Of a DNA stretch of 64,000 nucleotides, positions 10,327 to 19,791 are shown piece by piece. The first letter of the stretch is position 1. Every line of letters begins with the position of its first letter. Source of the DNA: a virus; IMG/VR virus record IMGVR_UViG_3300028584_000286, positions 5,320 through 69,319 of that record. One strand, 5' to 3'. Position numbers and translations under genes: made by a program. Below the pieces are notes generated by a model. The model had not been told where the DNA came from, made no database searches, and was given only the letters and a program-made list of their open reading frames with translations.

Positions 10327-10563
10327 ATGAAAAAAGAAACTATTACCGCTAACGTAGTCGCTTGTTTGCTATTCCTTACAGCTACTTACCTATTTATGTC
10401 TTTAATATTTTGGACTTTTTATGTACCCAACTGGACTATTTCTGGGCAAATAGTAACTATTTGTTTATTTATGTTTTTCATTCTTTATGCAAGGCATAGA
10501 ATTTTACTAGAGTTCAGAGCCATAAAAGAAGTTGATAAATTTTTGGCTAAAAATGAAGAGTAA
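10327..10563 (+). CDS. membrane protein (2 TM)
   Basis: Two hydrophobic helices. Confidence 0.65.
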   Translation: MKKETITANVVACLLFLTATYLFMSLIFWTFYVPNWTISGQIVTICLFMFFILYARHRILLEFRAIKEVDKFLAKNEE

Positions 10564-10783
10564 GTCTAAACAAAAAAAGGTAGCAGAATATCTCCAATCT
10601 ATGCAGGTTGGAGATAGTTTTATTATTAAGGATTTTGTCAAAGAAGTCTGGGGAGATTATACTTATTTTATCCGAAGAAGTTTTGATGTGTACTTGTCCA
10701 ATGCAAAACAACCATATCAAACTTGTGGAGTTAAAGTAAGAGTTTTTAAATGCACCAAAGGTGTTATAACACGAACTTTATAA
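10553..10783 (+). CDS. hypothetical protein, possibly small DNA-binding
   Basis: Basic ~76 aa; start moved to ATG 10553. Confidence 0.6.
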   Translation: MKSKSKQKKVAEYLQSMQVGDSFIIKDFVKEVWGDYTYFIRRSFDVYLSNAKQPYQTCGVKVRVFKCTKGVITRTL

Positions 10784-11118
10784 TGGGAAAACCTACTTGG
10801 CTCGGAAAAGAAAAGCCTACACGAGTGAACTCGGAGAAACAAGAAAAAAGATTAGCAAAAGAAATGGGTGGTAGAAAGACTGCAAACTCTGGGGCAAGAT
10901 TTTCTGAAAATGACGTTAAGACAGCAGATTTTGACATTGAAGCCAAGACAACTAAAAACAGTCAGTTTATATTAAAAGTTGCAGACCTAAAGAAAATGCA
11001 GAGAAAATGTAGTATAGATAGGATAGCACTATTTATCATAGAATTTTCAGAGCAAGGTGAAGAAATGGTACTCTTAAATAAAGCTGATTTTTATAGTTTG
11101 ATGAGTATAAAGGATTAA
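10783..11118 (+). CDS. Hjc-like PD-(D/E)XK Holliday junction resolvase
   Basis: E..LAK..GG...NSGA...D...IEAK pattern. Confidence 0.7.
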   Translation: MGKPTWLGKEKPTRVNSEKQEKRLAKEMGGRKTANSGARFSENDVKTADFDIEAKTTKNSQFILKVADLKKMQRKCSIDRIALFIIEFSEQGEEMVLLNKADFYSLMSIKD

Positions 11119-11185
11119 ATTTTACTCAAATTAAATAAAATTATTATAGTTATAATATCCACACAATAACCTATAAATTTGACTA

Positions 11186-11470
11186 ATGAAAAAAAGAAAA
11201 TCGAATAACAAACCTATTACACCAAAGGGCATCAAGATAGTTGAGTTAGATGATGAGTACAGATTTTATAAAATATGGTCTGGAAATAAAGTAGTAGCAG
11301 AGCCATTTTTGATAACATCCGACATTGAAGATGTTGTAAGCCGATACGATGAGTATTGTAGAAAATGGAATATAAAACCAGATATGGAGTTAGTGTATAA
11401 ATTAGTAAATAATAACAATCAAAAAAAGCAAAAAGATGAAAGCAGTTTTCTTAAAGGTGGTATCTTCTGA
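11186..11470 (+). CDS. hypothetical protein
   Basis: 94-aa ORF. Confidence 0.6.
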   Translation: MKKRKSNNKPITPKGIKIVELDDEYRFYKIWSGNKVVAEPFLITSDIEDVVSRYDEYCRKWNIKPDMELVYKLVNNNNQKKQKDESSFLKGGIF

Positions 11471-12677
11471 TAACATTCCAACACTTACAATTTGTGGTGG
11501 ACAGTTTCAACAGAATGCAAACGGAGTAGAAGAAAAATTACCAACAACAGTATCTTGTGTTATTAGAAATCCAAGTACAGTTTTATTAGAGGGGGAGTAT
11601 TATGCTACCAACTCTGTGCATTTGAAACAGCAGGGATGGTATGTTGTAGGCACGGAATTTTATAAGGTTGCCGATGAACTCGGACTTATCTTAACAGAGT
11701 TTGACGACAAAAAGCAACAAGAGTATGCAGAAGCATACAGAGAGTTTTCACAGGGTGTATCTAGCCCAACTGATTTTGGAACTTCTAATGTTACACCTAA
11801 AAAATCACAACCTACACTACTTCAAAAATTGGTAGATACAAAGTCCTTTGCACCCCCAACTATCGAAGATGATGGATGGTATGTAGATAAAGACCTGTGG
11901 TATTACTTATTAAGAAATTATAAGAAGCGAAAAAATACCCTCCTTATTGGGTCGTCTGGTGCAGGTAAAACCGAGTTACTACAATTTATGATACAGAAGG
12001 TTAATTCTGGTATCAAGTCTTTGGACAAAAAGCTAAATATTGATATTTTCGATATGGCGGTATCAAATCCCAATAAAACATTTTGTGGGAATTTAAGAGC
12101 CGAAAATGGGAGTACATATTATCAACTTGCTCGGTTTGCAACTTCAATACAGCAGAAAGGATTGATAGTTATGGACGAGTTGTCAAGAGCAACACCAACA
12201 GCAAACAATATTTTTCTACCATTGCTTGATGGTCGTAGAACTTTGTATATCGAGGATGCTATTGATGAGGATGATCGTATGATTAAAGTACACGAAGATT
12301 GTGTTTTCTGGGCTACTGCAAACATAGGGGCTGAATTTATTGGTACATCTACTTTAGACCACGCATTGCTAAACCGATTTAACCAGGTTTGCGTTAAATA
12401 CCCACCAGAGGACAAAGAGAGTTTACTTTTGCAAAAAAGATTTGGTGTTTCAAAAAGAGATGCTGATGCACTCGTTAGAGTAGTAACTACTATTAGAAAC
12501 AATCAAGACCTTTCGAAGGATATTTCAACTCGACAATTATTTGAAGTTGCCGAACTTGTTGCAGATGGGTACAAACCAACTGATGCTTTTAAATGGAGTG
12601 TACTTCAACAATTTGAGGGTAGTGATGTAGATGGTGGAGAGCAATCTACCGTATTGAGCATTATCCAATCCCTGTAA
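11436..12677 (+). CDS. MoxR/CbbQ/CobS-like AAA+ ATPase
   Basis: GSSGAGKT, MDELSR, FWATAN.G..F.GT..LD.ALLNRF, STRQL. Confidence 0.88.
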   Translation: MKAVFLKVVSSDNIPTLTICGGQFQQNANGVEEKLPTTVSCVIRNPSTVLLEGEYYATNSVHLKQQGWYVVGTEFYKVADELGLILTEFDDKKQQEYAEAYREFSQGVSSPTDFGTSNVTPKKSQPTLLQKLVDTKSFAPPTIEDDGWYVDKDLWYYLLRNYKKRKNTLLIGSSGAGKTELLQFMIQKVNSGIKSLDKKLNIDIFDMAVSNPNKTFCGNLRAENGSTYYQLARFATSIQQKGLIVMDELSRATPTANNIFLPLLDGRRTLYIEDAIDEDDRMIKVHEDCVFWATANIGAEFIGTSTLDHALLNRFNQVCVKYPPEDKESLLLQKRFGVSKRDADALVRVVTTIRNNQDLSKDISTRQLFEVAELVADGYKPTDAFKWSVLQQFEGSDVDGGEQSTVLSIIQSL

Positions 12678-12697
12678 TATTATTTTTTTTGGTTGTT

Positions 12698-12727
12698 GGG
12701 AGGGCTATACTGCTTTTAGACCCTCCC
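12698..12727. terminator. GC-rich hairpin between ATPase and vWA genes
   Basis: GGGAGGG...CCCTCCC stem with a T run upstream. Confidence 0.4.
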
Positions 12728-12747
12728 TAAATCAAAAATCTTTATGT

Positions 12748-12763
12748 TATATTTGTACTGCAA
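12748..12763 (+). promoter_or_regulatory. Bacteroidota-type -7 promoter box
   Basis: TATATTTGTACTGCAA, identical to 20987-21002; matches TAnnTTTG. Confidence 0.65.
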
Positions 12764-12803
12764 ATAACACTATCTTTGAATAAATAAAAACGGACTAGAA
12801 CTG

Positions 12804-15035
12804 ATGGACACATTTTATAAAGAGTTACAGCAAAGTGATTGGCTAGGAAGAAATCCAAATGACTACACTTACAAAAAATCTGGTATATCTATCGGATGGG
12901 AGGACACCCTAACCAAAGGGGATGCGTTATCCAAATTCATACTTAAAGTAAATTCCCAAAATCTTGCAATAGATAGAAAAGTATTACTTACAAAACAAGC
13001 TTGTGGAAATATTCTATCAAGAATGAATGTTCACAAGCATAAAGCCAAAATAGTTTTCACAGACCAATTTTCAAGTTATCAAAAGGATAGTACAGTTTGT
13101 GTTACACTTGAACCTCTTTCTGGTAAAATACCATTCCCAACCTTTAATCACAGTCTTGACCCCATACTTGGGTTTGCAGTTCACGAAATTGCACATTTTC
13201 TTTACACAGACAAGCGTTACCAAGATTATCTAAAAAAGTTCAAAGGGAACGAAGCGAAGTTGAAAATGATGATTATGAATGTTTTGGAAGATGAGAGAAT
13301 TGAGCAGATAGTTGCAGGAACATTCAGAGGTTATACAGGTTATTTGGGCAAAGCTAAAGATTATTGTTTTGGCAAAAGATTTGCAGAAGAGAAGGCAAAA
13401 AGAAATGTGGACGACCAGCAAGATATTGTTCAATTAGCAGAAACATTTTTACACCTACTTCGTTATCCAAAAGCATTAGAGGAAAGTCTTGTAAATAAAT
13501 TTGAGCCACAGCTTCGAGATATTATGAGTGTTCTTACCCCATACCCAACAGATATTCCAGAGTTAGTTGAGTGTACTGAAAAAATCTACGCTATCTTTAA
13601 AGAAGATAATGATGAGGACGAGGGTGATGGAGATGGCGAGGATGGAGAAGGCGAAAGTGAGGGAGATGGTAATGGTAAAAGTGGTTCTGGAAAAGGCAAA
13701 GGAGATGGGTCTGGTGGTGGTAATTCCAATAATTCCAATAATTCCGAAGAAGAAAATGAGGATGGTTCTGATGATAGTAACTCTTCGGATGATGAAAAAG
13801 ATGGTGATAGTTCTGATGAAGATGGTTCAGATGATGGAGATAAAAAAGGAAATGGTAATGGTAATCCACAGAAGAGTGAAGAGGAACAAGAGGAAGAAAA
13901 AGATGGTGATAGTTCTGATGGAGATGATACCAAAGAAAATGCCGATGATAGTAACGGTAAAAAACCAAAAAAAGATATTGACAAATTACTTGATGCTTTC
14001 GCAGAAGCATTAATGTCGTCAGCACCCTCTACTGGTGGAGATGCAGAACAACTTGCAGAGATGCTCGGAATGAAAGGGAGGTATAATGTTTCAGAAGCCT
14101 TAAAAGAAATTTCAAATTACGAAAATGAGCAGATACTACCAACACAGTCGTTTGCACACATTTACCCAGACACCGAAAATCTACAAACCTCTCAAATGAG
14201 TGTTTACTTTAATGATGCAAAGAATTTAAAAAGCACCACAAACCACTATGATAGTGCGTTAAATGAAGTCAAGTCTTATTCAGCATCATTGAGAGCAAAA
14301 ATACAACAGTTGAATAGACATCAAGATATTACCTATAAAGGACTAACTGAAGGAGATTTTGATGATGGTATGTTGGTTGATGCAATAGTTGGTGCAAAGA
14401 ATATATACAAGCAAGACCATAAGGTTATGAATAGAGGTGCTTGTATTGGACTTCTTATTGATGAGAGTGGTTCTATGGGTTCCTCCTCTAGGTGGTATCA
14501 AGCTATGAAAATTGCAGTAATGTTTGAGAGAGCATTGGAGGGAGTTAATGGAGTTGATTTTTATTGCTATGGTCATACTACTGGGAATGATATAAGAAAC
14601 TCTACTTCTGGTGCTGATGCTACTTGGATTAATGTTTACTATGAGGGTAGAAAGGTTTCAGATAGAAAAGCACTTGGCAAAATACATAACCACAATACAA
14701 ATCGTGATGGACACGCAATACTTGAAGTGGTAGCAAGAATGAGAACTAAAGTAGCACAGAATATGCCAATTATACTATTTATGATTTCTGATGGTGAGCC
14801 TTCGGCTTCTGTTCCATCGGGCTATACTGGAATAACCTATACAAAAAAAGCGGTAAATGTAGTAGAGAAATACTCCAATGCAACTGTTTTGCACGTAGCC
14901 ATAGACAAAGGTATCCCCTCAAAAGATATGTTCAACCAATTTGTAGAATTTACAGATATGCAAACTCTAATAAGAGATATTGGTGGTATCTTAAAGAAAA
15001 TAATGTTAAAACAACAGTCTGCCAATGTTATTTAA
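12804..15035 (+). CDS. CobT-like vWA (MIDAS) protein with HExxH N-domain and acidic linker
   Basis: HEIAH, NVLEDERIE, long D/E/G/S linker, LIDESGSM MIDAS, TTG, ISDGEP. Confidence 0.88.
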   Translation: MDTFYKELQQSDWLGRNPNDYTYKKSGISIGWEDTLTKGDALSKFILKVNSQNLAIDRKVLLTKQACGNILSRMNVHKHKAKIVFTDQFSSYQKDSTVCVTLEPLSGKIPFPTFNHSLDPILGFAVHEIAHFLYTDKRYQDYLKKFKGNEAKLKMMIMNVLEDERIEQIVAGTFRGYTGYLGKAKDYCFGKRFAEEKAKRNVDDQQDIVQLAETFLHLLRYPKALEESLVNKFEPQLRDIMSVLTPYPTDIPELVECTEKIYAIFKEDNDEDEGDGDGEDGEGESEGDGNGKSGSGKGKGDGSGGGNSNNSNNSEEENEDGSDDSNSSDDEKDGDSSDEDGSDDGDKKGNGNGNPQKSEEEQEEEKDGDSSDGDDTKENADDSNGKKPKKDIDKLLDAFAEALMSSAPSTGGDAEQLAEMLGMKGRYNVSEALKEISNYENEQILPTQSFAHIYPDTENLQTSQMSVYFNDAKNLKSTTNHYDSALNEVKSYSASLRAKIQQLNRHQDITYKGLTEGDFDDGMLVDAIVGAKNIYKQDHKVMNRGACIGLLIDESGSMGSSSRWYQAMKIAVMFERALEGVNGVDFYCYGHTTGNDIRNSTSGADATWINVYYEGRKVSDRKALGKIHNHNTNRDGHAILEVVARMRTKVAQNMPIILFMISDGEPSASVPSGYTGITYTKKAVNVVEKYSNATVLHVAIDKGIPSKDMFNQFVEFTDMQTLIRDIGGILKKIMLKQQSANVI
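13794..13920 (+). repeat. 25-bp direct repeat in the acidic linker
   Basis: GAAAAAGATGGTGATAGTTCTGATG at 13794-13818 and 13896-13920. Confidence 0.85.
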
Positions 15036-15074
15036 TTAGTTATATGTATATTTGCAAAATAAACATATAGGTAT

Positions 15075-15623
15075 ATGGAAAAATGGATTGAAATAACAGG
15101 GTACGAGGGATACTATGAAGTATCCAATTTAGGTAATGTTAGGACTTTTGATAGGGAGATAACATATAAAGCAAGAGGTGGAGGGTATAGAACAGATTTT
15201 TTAAAATCCAGAAAATTAAAACCACAAAAGCATAAAAATAGTTATCTATCCGTTACTCTATATAATAAAATTAGGGAAAAAAAGCAGTTTAATATACACA
15301 GGTTAGTTGCACTTATGTTTATTGAAAATCCATTTGGTAAGTTAGAGGTAAACCATAAAGACGGAAATAAGCTAAATAATATAGTTGAAAATTTGGAGTG
15401 GGTAACTCGTTCAGAAAATGCAAAACACATGGTGGATAACCAAATGATAAAGTACATAACTGGAAGTGGTAATTCTAATTGTGTATTATCTTTTTTAGAT
15501 GCAGAAAATATAAGAACTGAATATAAAAACGGTAGTTATTCACAAGACAAACTGGCTAAAAAATATGGGTGTAGTCAAGCAACAATCTCACAAATAATAA
15601 GAAACATAACATATAAGAAATGA
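15075..15623 (+). CDS. NUMOD4-HNH homing endonuclease with C-terminal HTH
   Basis: W..I.GYEG.YEVSNLG.VR (NUMOD4), HRLVA..F, VNHKDGNK.NN...NLEWVT..EN. Confidence 0.93.
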   Translation: MEKWIEITGYEGYYEVSNLGNVRTFDREITYKARGGGYRTDFLKSRKLKPQKHKNSYLSVTLYNKIREKKQFNIHRLVALMFIENPFGKLEVNHKDGNKLNNIVENLEWVTRSENAKHMVDNQMIKYITGSGNSNCVLSFLDAENIRTEYKNGSYSQDKLAKKYGCSQATISQIIRNITYKK

Positions 15624-16564
15624 GTTTAAAAAACTTGGTTAATCAAGCAAAAAAAGCCACAATACAACACACAAAGGGTGGGGTTTCAGTTAATACTGGA
15701 ACTCCCTCCTTTCAATCTTTGATTTATGGGCTACATTATTTGACCCCTCAAAAAAACGATTTAAGGGCATTATTAGAAGGCTTTATTGCTTTATTGGATA
15801 AGCAACCCGAACCAACAGAAACGGACAAAAAAAGACTTATTTTAGCTTTTTATAGACTTGCATTCTCGCAAGATGCAAGAGCAAAGGGGGTATTTCACCC
15901 ATCGGAAATATCTACTGAAACACAGGTTTGTGAAAGAAAGATGTATTTTCAAAAAGCAGAAGTATCACAGGATGCAACTTATGTAAGTTTTACAGCAGAT
16001 AATAGAATGATGAGGTTATGTGATTTAGGCACAATGGTTCATTTGTACGTTCAGGATAACTTGGATAGGTCTGGTATTTTAAAAGATTTTGAAGTACCAG
16101 TATCAGCACCAGATTTAGGTATTGAGGGAAAGGCAGATGGGCTATTTGATTTCTATGGTTTGGATGACTTGGGAAATTTTTATGAGCCAGAAGAGATGGT
16201 TTTAGAGGTTAAGACTATCAATGATTATGCTTTCAAATATTTGCGTAAGGCAAAAGATGAGCATTTAAAACAAGCCTCTATTTATGGTGCCATATTGAAC
16301 AAGAAAAGAATATGTTTTCTCTATTACAATAAAAATACTTCGGAACACAAAACGTTTGTTCAAGAGGTAGATTTTAAATATTTCGAATGGTTTAAGGAGT
16401 TAGCCTCTGGGGTAATAAAATTATACAATTCTAATGTTAGACAGACAAGAAGCAAAGATGTAAATTTACATAATGCAATACCAACTAGAATTTGCCACGA
16501 CAGAACTAATCAACGTGCTATGAGTTGTGCTTTTGCAGATTATTGTTTTAAGTTACAAAAATAG
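15620..16564 (+). CDS. Cas4/RecB-family PD-(D/E)XK exonuclease
   Basis: HPSE..C.RK, GT.VH, GKADG, EVKT, Q..IY, C-terminal C..C..YC (Fe-S ligands). Confidence 0.8.
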   Translation: MSLKNLVNQAKKATIQHTKGGVSVNTGTPSFQSLIYGLHYLTPQKNDLRALLEGFIALLDKQPEPTETDKKRLILAFYRLAFSQDARAKGVFHPSEISTETQVCERKMYFQKAEVSQDATYVSFTADNRMMRLCDLGTMVHLYVQDNLDRSGILKDFEVPVSAPDLGIEGKADGLFDFYGLDDLGNFYEPEEMVLEVKTINDYAFKYLRKAKDEHLKQASIYGAILNKKRICFLYYNKNTSEHKTFVQEVDFKYFEWFKELASGVIKLYNSNVRQTRSKDVNLHNAIPTRICHDRTNQRAMSCAFADYCFKLQK

Positions 16565-16904
16565 AAAGTATATGGTTATGGACTATGAACTAAATGAACT
16601 GGATGCGGTTAGCACTTTACAATGTGGAAGTATTTTACCAAAAAGACATTGTGGAAATACTACCCGACAAATAGACTGGGCTATACAACAGCTTTATAAT
16701 GGTAGAGTAGTTCATTTGAAAGACCACCATTTAGGAGGTACACATAGAGAAGCAAATTTTAATATGCTAAAGGTTATTGAAAAAAGATTACCCTATTATG
16801 ATAGACAACCCAATAGATTTGTTGTTAATACCATTAATGGATTATTTAAGCAAATTTTATTTATCCCAGAGTTTTTAGAAGAGTTAGAGCGTAGAAGATA
16901 TTAA
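16527..16904 (+). CDS. hypothetical protein
   Basis: 125-aa ORF; true start may be downstream. Confidence 0.6.
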   Translation: MLLQIIVLSYKNRKYMVMDYELNELDAVSTLQCGSILPKRHCGNTTRQIDWAIQQLYNGRVVHLKDHHLGGTHREANFNMLKVIEKRLPYYDRQPNRFVVNTINGLFKQILFIPEFLEELERRRY

Positions 16905-16915
16905 ATTAATTAGTT

Positions 16916-17512
16916 ATGCCAATTAGACCACTTGACGGAGAATATTTAGAAAAGTCCACAAATTTAGCAGGACAACTGGAGGAAGCATTTAATAACATAG
17001 GTACTTCTATGATGTCCCCTATTGAGATAAGAAATTTGAACAATAAAACATTAAGAGTAACACACGGATATTCAAGAAGTTCAGACCCAGTTAAAAAATC
17101 TCTATACAGAAGATGGTGTTCTATGAAAACACGCTGTACTAATTCTAACACAAATTGTTCAAAATATTACAAGGATAAGAATATTTCATTATGTGATGAG
17201 TGGTTTCATAGTTTTGAGTTATTTATGACTTGGTCATTAGAAAATGGTTATGCCAGTTCATTGCAAATAGATAGAAAAGATTGTTCTCTCGGTTACACAC
17301 CAGAAAATTGTAGATGGGTAACTCCTACAAAAAACTGTAATAACAAAACTAACAATAGAATACACATTTATAAAGGATTTTCTGGTACATTAAGAGAATT
17401 TTCAGTAAAATATAATATTCCATATAGTTTATTACGAAGTAGAATTTATGAGGGCTGGACTATTGATAAAGCCTTAAATACTAAAAAATTAAAAGTTATA
17501 AAAAATGCCTAA
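16916..17512 (+). mobile_element. HNH-type homing endonuclease carrying a copy of the N-terminus of the next gene
   Basis: THG, LY..W.SMK.RC.N, CDEW..F..F..W, IDR.D...GY.PENCRW; first 29 aa are 23/29 identical to the ORF at 17505. Confidence 0.88.
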
Positions 17513-17999
17513 AAGACCTTTAGATACACCGTATAGAGAAAATTCTACTAACCTTGCAGGTCAGTTAGAAGAAGCCTTAAATAATATAGGATTGTCCGCT
17601 ATGACCTATGATTTCGCAGGGAAGCTACTTGCATTTTTATTGAAGTATGGTGGAGGTATGGAAGCAACAACCCATCATAAGGGGTTAAATGCAGGTATTA
17701 TGATTGCACAGGAAAAATGCAATATTAAAGGTGGGTGCATACCGACTATGGAAGGATTACAAGCAATTCAAAAATACAATAATGAGTTGAACAAAGAAAC
17801 CCAAGATTTAGAATGTGAATGGCTTTGGGAAATTTTTCTTCGTTATGATTTGCCTACTGGAAATTTAAAAAGTAAATGCCCAGAGGAGTTAAAAGCAAAG
17901 TATGGAGAGCCTAAAAAATCTAGTGGATCTAAACCGATTAAAAAGGGAGGTGGATTAAGCCAGTTCATTGATAGTGTAAATTCAGCAACAGGGAAATAA
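17505..17999 (+). CDS. hypothetical protein (MPxR start)
   Basis: 164 aa. Confidence 0.75.
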   Translation: MPKRPLDTPYRENSTNLAGQLEEALNNIGLSAMTYDFAGKLLAFLLKYGGGMEATTHHKGLNAGIMIAQEKCNIKGGCIPTMEGLQAIQKYNNELNKETQDLECEWLWEIFLRYDLPTGNLKSKCPEELKAKYGEPKKSSGSKPIKKGGGLSQFIDSVNSATGK

Positions 18000-18256
18000 T
18001 GGAAATTAAAATAAATAGTTGGTTTAGAAAAAGTGAAGCAATCCCACATACAGGCTCAATGGTTATTGCTGTAACAGATGCAGACAAAACCTATGAAGCA
18101 TATTTTGAAAACTTTTTGGGTAATGAGATTTGGGAAACTTCGGGTAATTTTGATGATACTGAAAAAATTATTTTTTGGAGATACCGAGAAACGGTTGGGG
18201 ATGTTCCAAAGAAATACCCAGAGCCGAGAGCAATAAGCAGTAAACTTAATAAATAA
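17999..18256 (+). CDS. hypothetical protein
   Basis: 85 aa. Confidence 0.6.
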   Translation: MEIKINSWFRKSEAIPHTGSMVIAVTDADKTYEAYFENFLGNEIWETSGNFDDTEKIIFWRYRETVGDVPKKYPEPRAISSKLNK

Positions 18257-18261
18257 AAATT

Positions 18262-18840
18262 ATGCCAGTTAGAGAGAAAAAAGACGAGCCAAGTAAAGAT
18301 GTTCGTTCACGAGAAAAAGTAGTAGGAAAATCAGAAGGCGGAAAGTATAAAGATATACTTGACCTATCTTTTTTACCTCGTCAAATGATTGAGAGAATAG
18401 ATGATATTTTTGACAGTTATTTCGGGTTGGGAATGAAAAAGAGCAATGCTACTATGGAATGTAGTTATACCCCTAGATTTCCAGCTGATATGGCATCGCT
18501 AACCTCACCAGAATTAGGTAATACTTTGGGGGAATATACAGCTTGGTTTGCCTATGCCTCTGATAAGCTGAAATATATTGTAGTAGCTTGTTCACACATC
18601 GAAAGAGAGATGGATAAGGTTATTGATGGTGAACTCGGTACTATGGTAGCGGACAAAGGAAACATTGAAGCCAAGAAGTCAAAAGCAAAGAGTTCCTCTG
18701 ATTACATTACTTTGGTGTCTTACCACCAAAAATTATCTGGGCTAAAAATACTATTGGATAGTGAATTGAAGTCCTATGATAAATGTATTTCTACTTTATC
18801 AAGAGAGGTTAGTCGAAGAGAATTTAATGGTGGTTTCTAA
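18262..18840 (+). CDS. helical protein, possibly UvsY-like recombination mediator (MPxR start)
   Basis: Long amphipathic helices ending LSREVSRR; function is inference. Confidence 0.55.
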   Translation: MPVREKKDEPSKDVRSREKVVGKSEGGKYKDILDLSFLPRQMIERIDDIFDSYFGLGMKKSNATMECSYTPRFPADMASLTSPELGNTLGEYTAWFAYASDKLKYIVVACSHIEREMDKVIDGELGTMVADKGNIEAKKSKAKSSSDYITLVSYHQKLSGLKILLDSELKSYDKCISTLSREVSRREFNGGF

Positions 18841-18891
18841 TACTATGTTTTAATTATGTTTTCTTTTAATGTAACGTATTAAGTATAAATT

Positions 18892-19485
18892 ATGCCGATT
18901 AGACCACATATACCAGAAAAGAAAGTAACTATTGAGGATATTGATGAGTTTGTTTCAGGAGTTCAAAGCACTAAAAAGAAAAATGGAACGCACAAAGAAA
19001 CGTGGAAACTGTTTGAGAGAAATGTGTCTAAAGATTTTGGAACTACAAGAACTCCCCTCTCCGGTATGGTCAAAACTATTACTAATTCAGATACTTTGCA
19101 CCCAAAGATTTATGTTGAGTGTAAGTTGAGAGCAAAGGATTTCAATTTTTGGGATGAATTTGAAGAGTTGCGAAAAACTAAAAATAAAATTTGTGGATTT
19201 ACTATAATTAAGGATGGTTATGAAATTGTGTTAATACATAACACACAATTTTTGGAACTGATGCAGGTTACTAAATTTGACTTAAATTTAATTTCTGAAA
19301 AAATTACATCTAAAAAACATACTTCTGTATTATCTTTGTTTCATCAAACGGAAGAAAGAGCAGAAATTGAAGGTAAAATACCAGTTGTGGCTTTAAAGAG
19401 GAAGAATAAGTCGGGATATTTGATTGGAACGCATCCGAGAAATTTAGAAGTATTACACAAAATTTTAAACAAGGTTAAACAATGA
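18892..19485 (+). CDS. PD-(D/E)XK nuclease/resolvase-like (MPxR start)
   Basis: WK.FER.V, D...IYVECK, C-terminal PVVALKRKN typical of Hjc-like proteins. Confidence 0.6.
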   Translation: MPIRPHIPEKKVTIEDIDEFVSGVQSTKKKNGTHKETWKLFERNVSKDFGTTRTPLSGMVKTITNSDTLHPKIYVECKLRAKDFNFWDEFEELRKTKNKICGFTIIKDGYEIVLIHNTQFLELMQVTKFDLNLISEKITSKKHTSVLSLFHQTEERAEIEGKIPVVALKRKNKSGYLIGTHPRNLEVLHKILNKVKQ

Positions 19486-19787
19486 GCGAAGAAGCCAAAG
19501 ACCATAATAGAGAAGATGTAATCTTTGTTAGTGGAAAAACGGAAACCAAAGGGTTATCTACTTGTATTTTTGCATCCTCTACAAAAGATGGCAAAAAAGA
19601 AATCAAGATGAGAGGTATCGGACACGGTGCTATTGGGCAAATGAGTAAAGCATTCATTATTGCAAAAGGGAAGTTATCTGAAAAAGGTATCAATGCTACT
19701 GTTGATATGTATTTTAAAGATATTGCCTCCAAAAGAGATGGTGAGGACAACATTACAGCTATTGAGTATTTAATTAAATTTGAATAA
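19482..19787 (+). CDS. SpoVS/Alba-like nucleic-acid-binding protein
   Basis: MRGIGHGAIGQMSKAFIIAKG resembles the SpoVS IRAIGAGAVNQAVKAIAIARG motif. Confidence 0.7.
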   Translation: MSEEAKDHNREDVIFVSGKTETKGLSTCIFASSTKDGKKEIKMRGIGHGAIGQMSKAFIIAKGKLSEKGINATVDMYFKDIASKRDGEDNITAIEYLIKFE

Positions 19788-19791
19788 AATT

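Noticed and set aside
13567-14025. Alternative-frame and antisense ORFs over the vWA linker
   Set aside because: Shadows of low-complexity GAT/GAA/GGT repeats; compositions (Met/His/Ser-rich) are artefactual.
15620-16564. CRISPR-associated Cas4
   Set aside because: Solo Cas4/RecB-like exonucleases are common in phage recombination modules; no cas1/cas2 or array seen.
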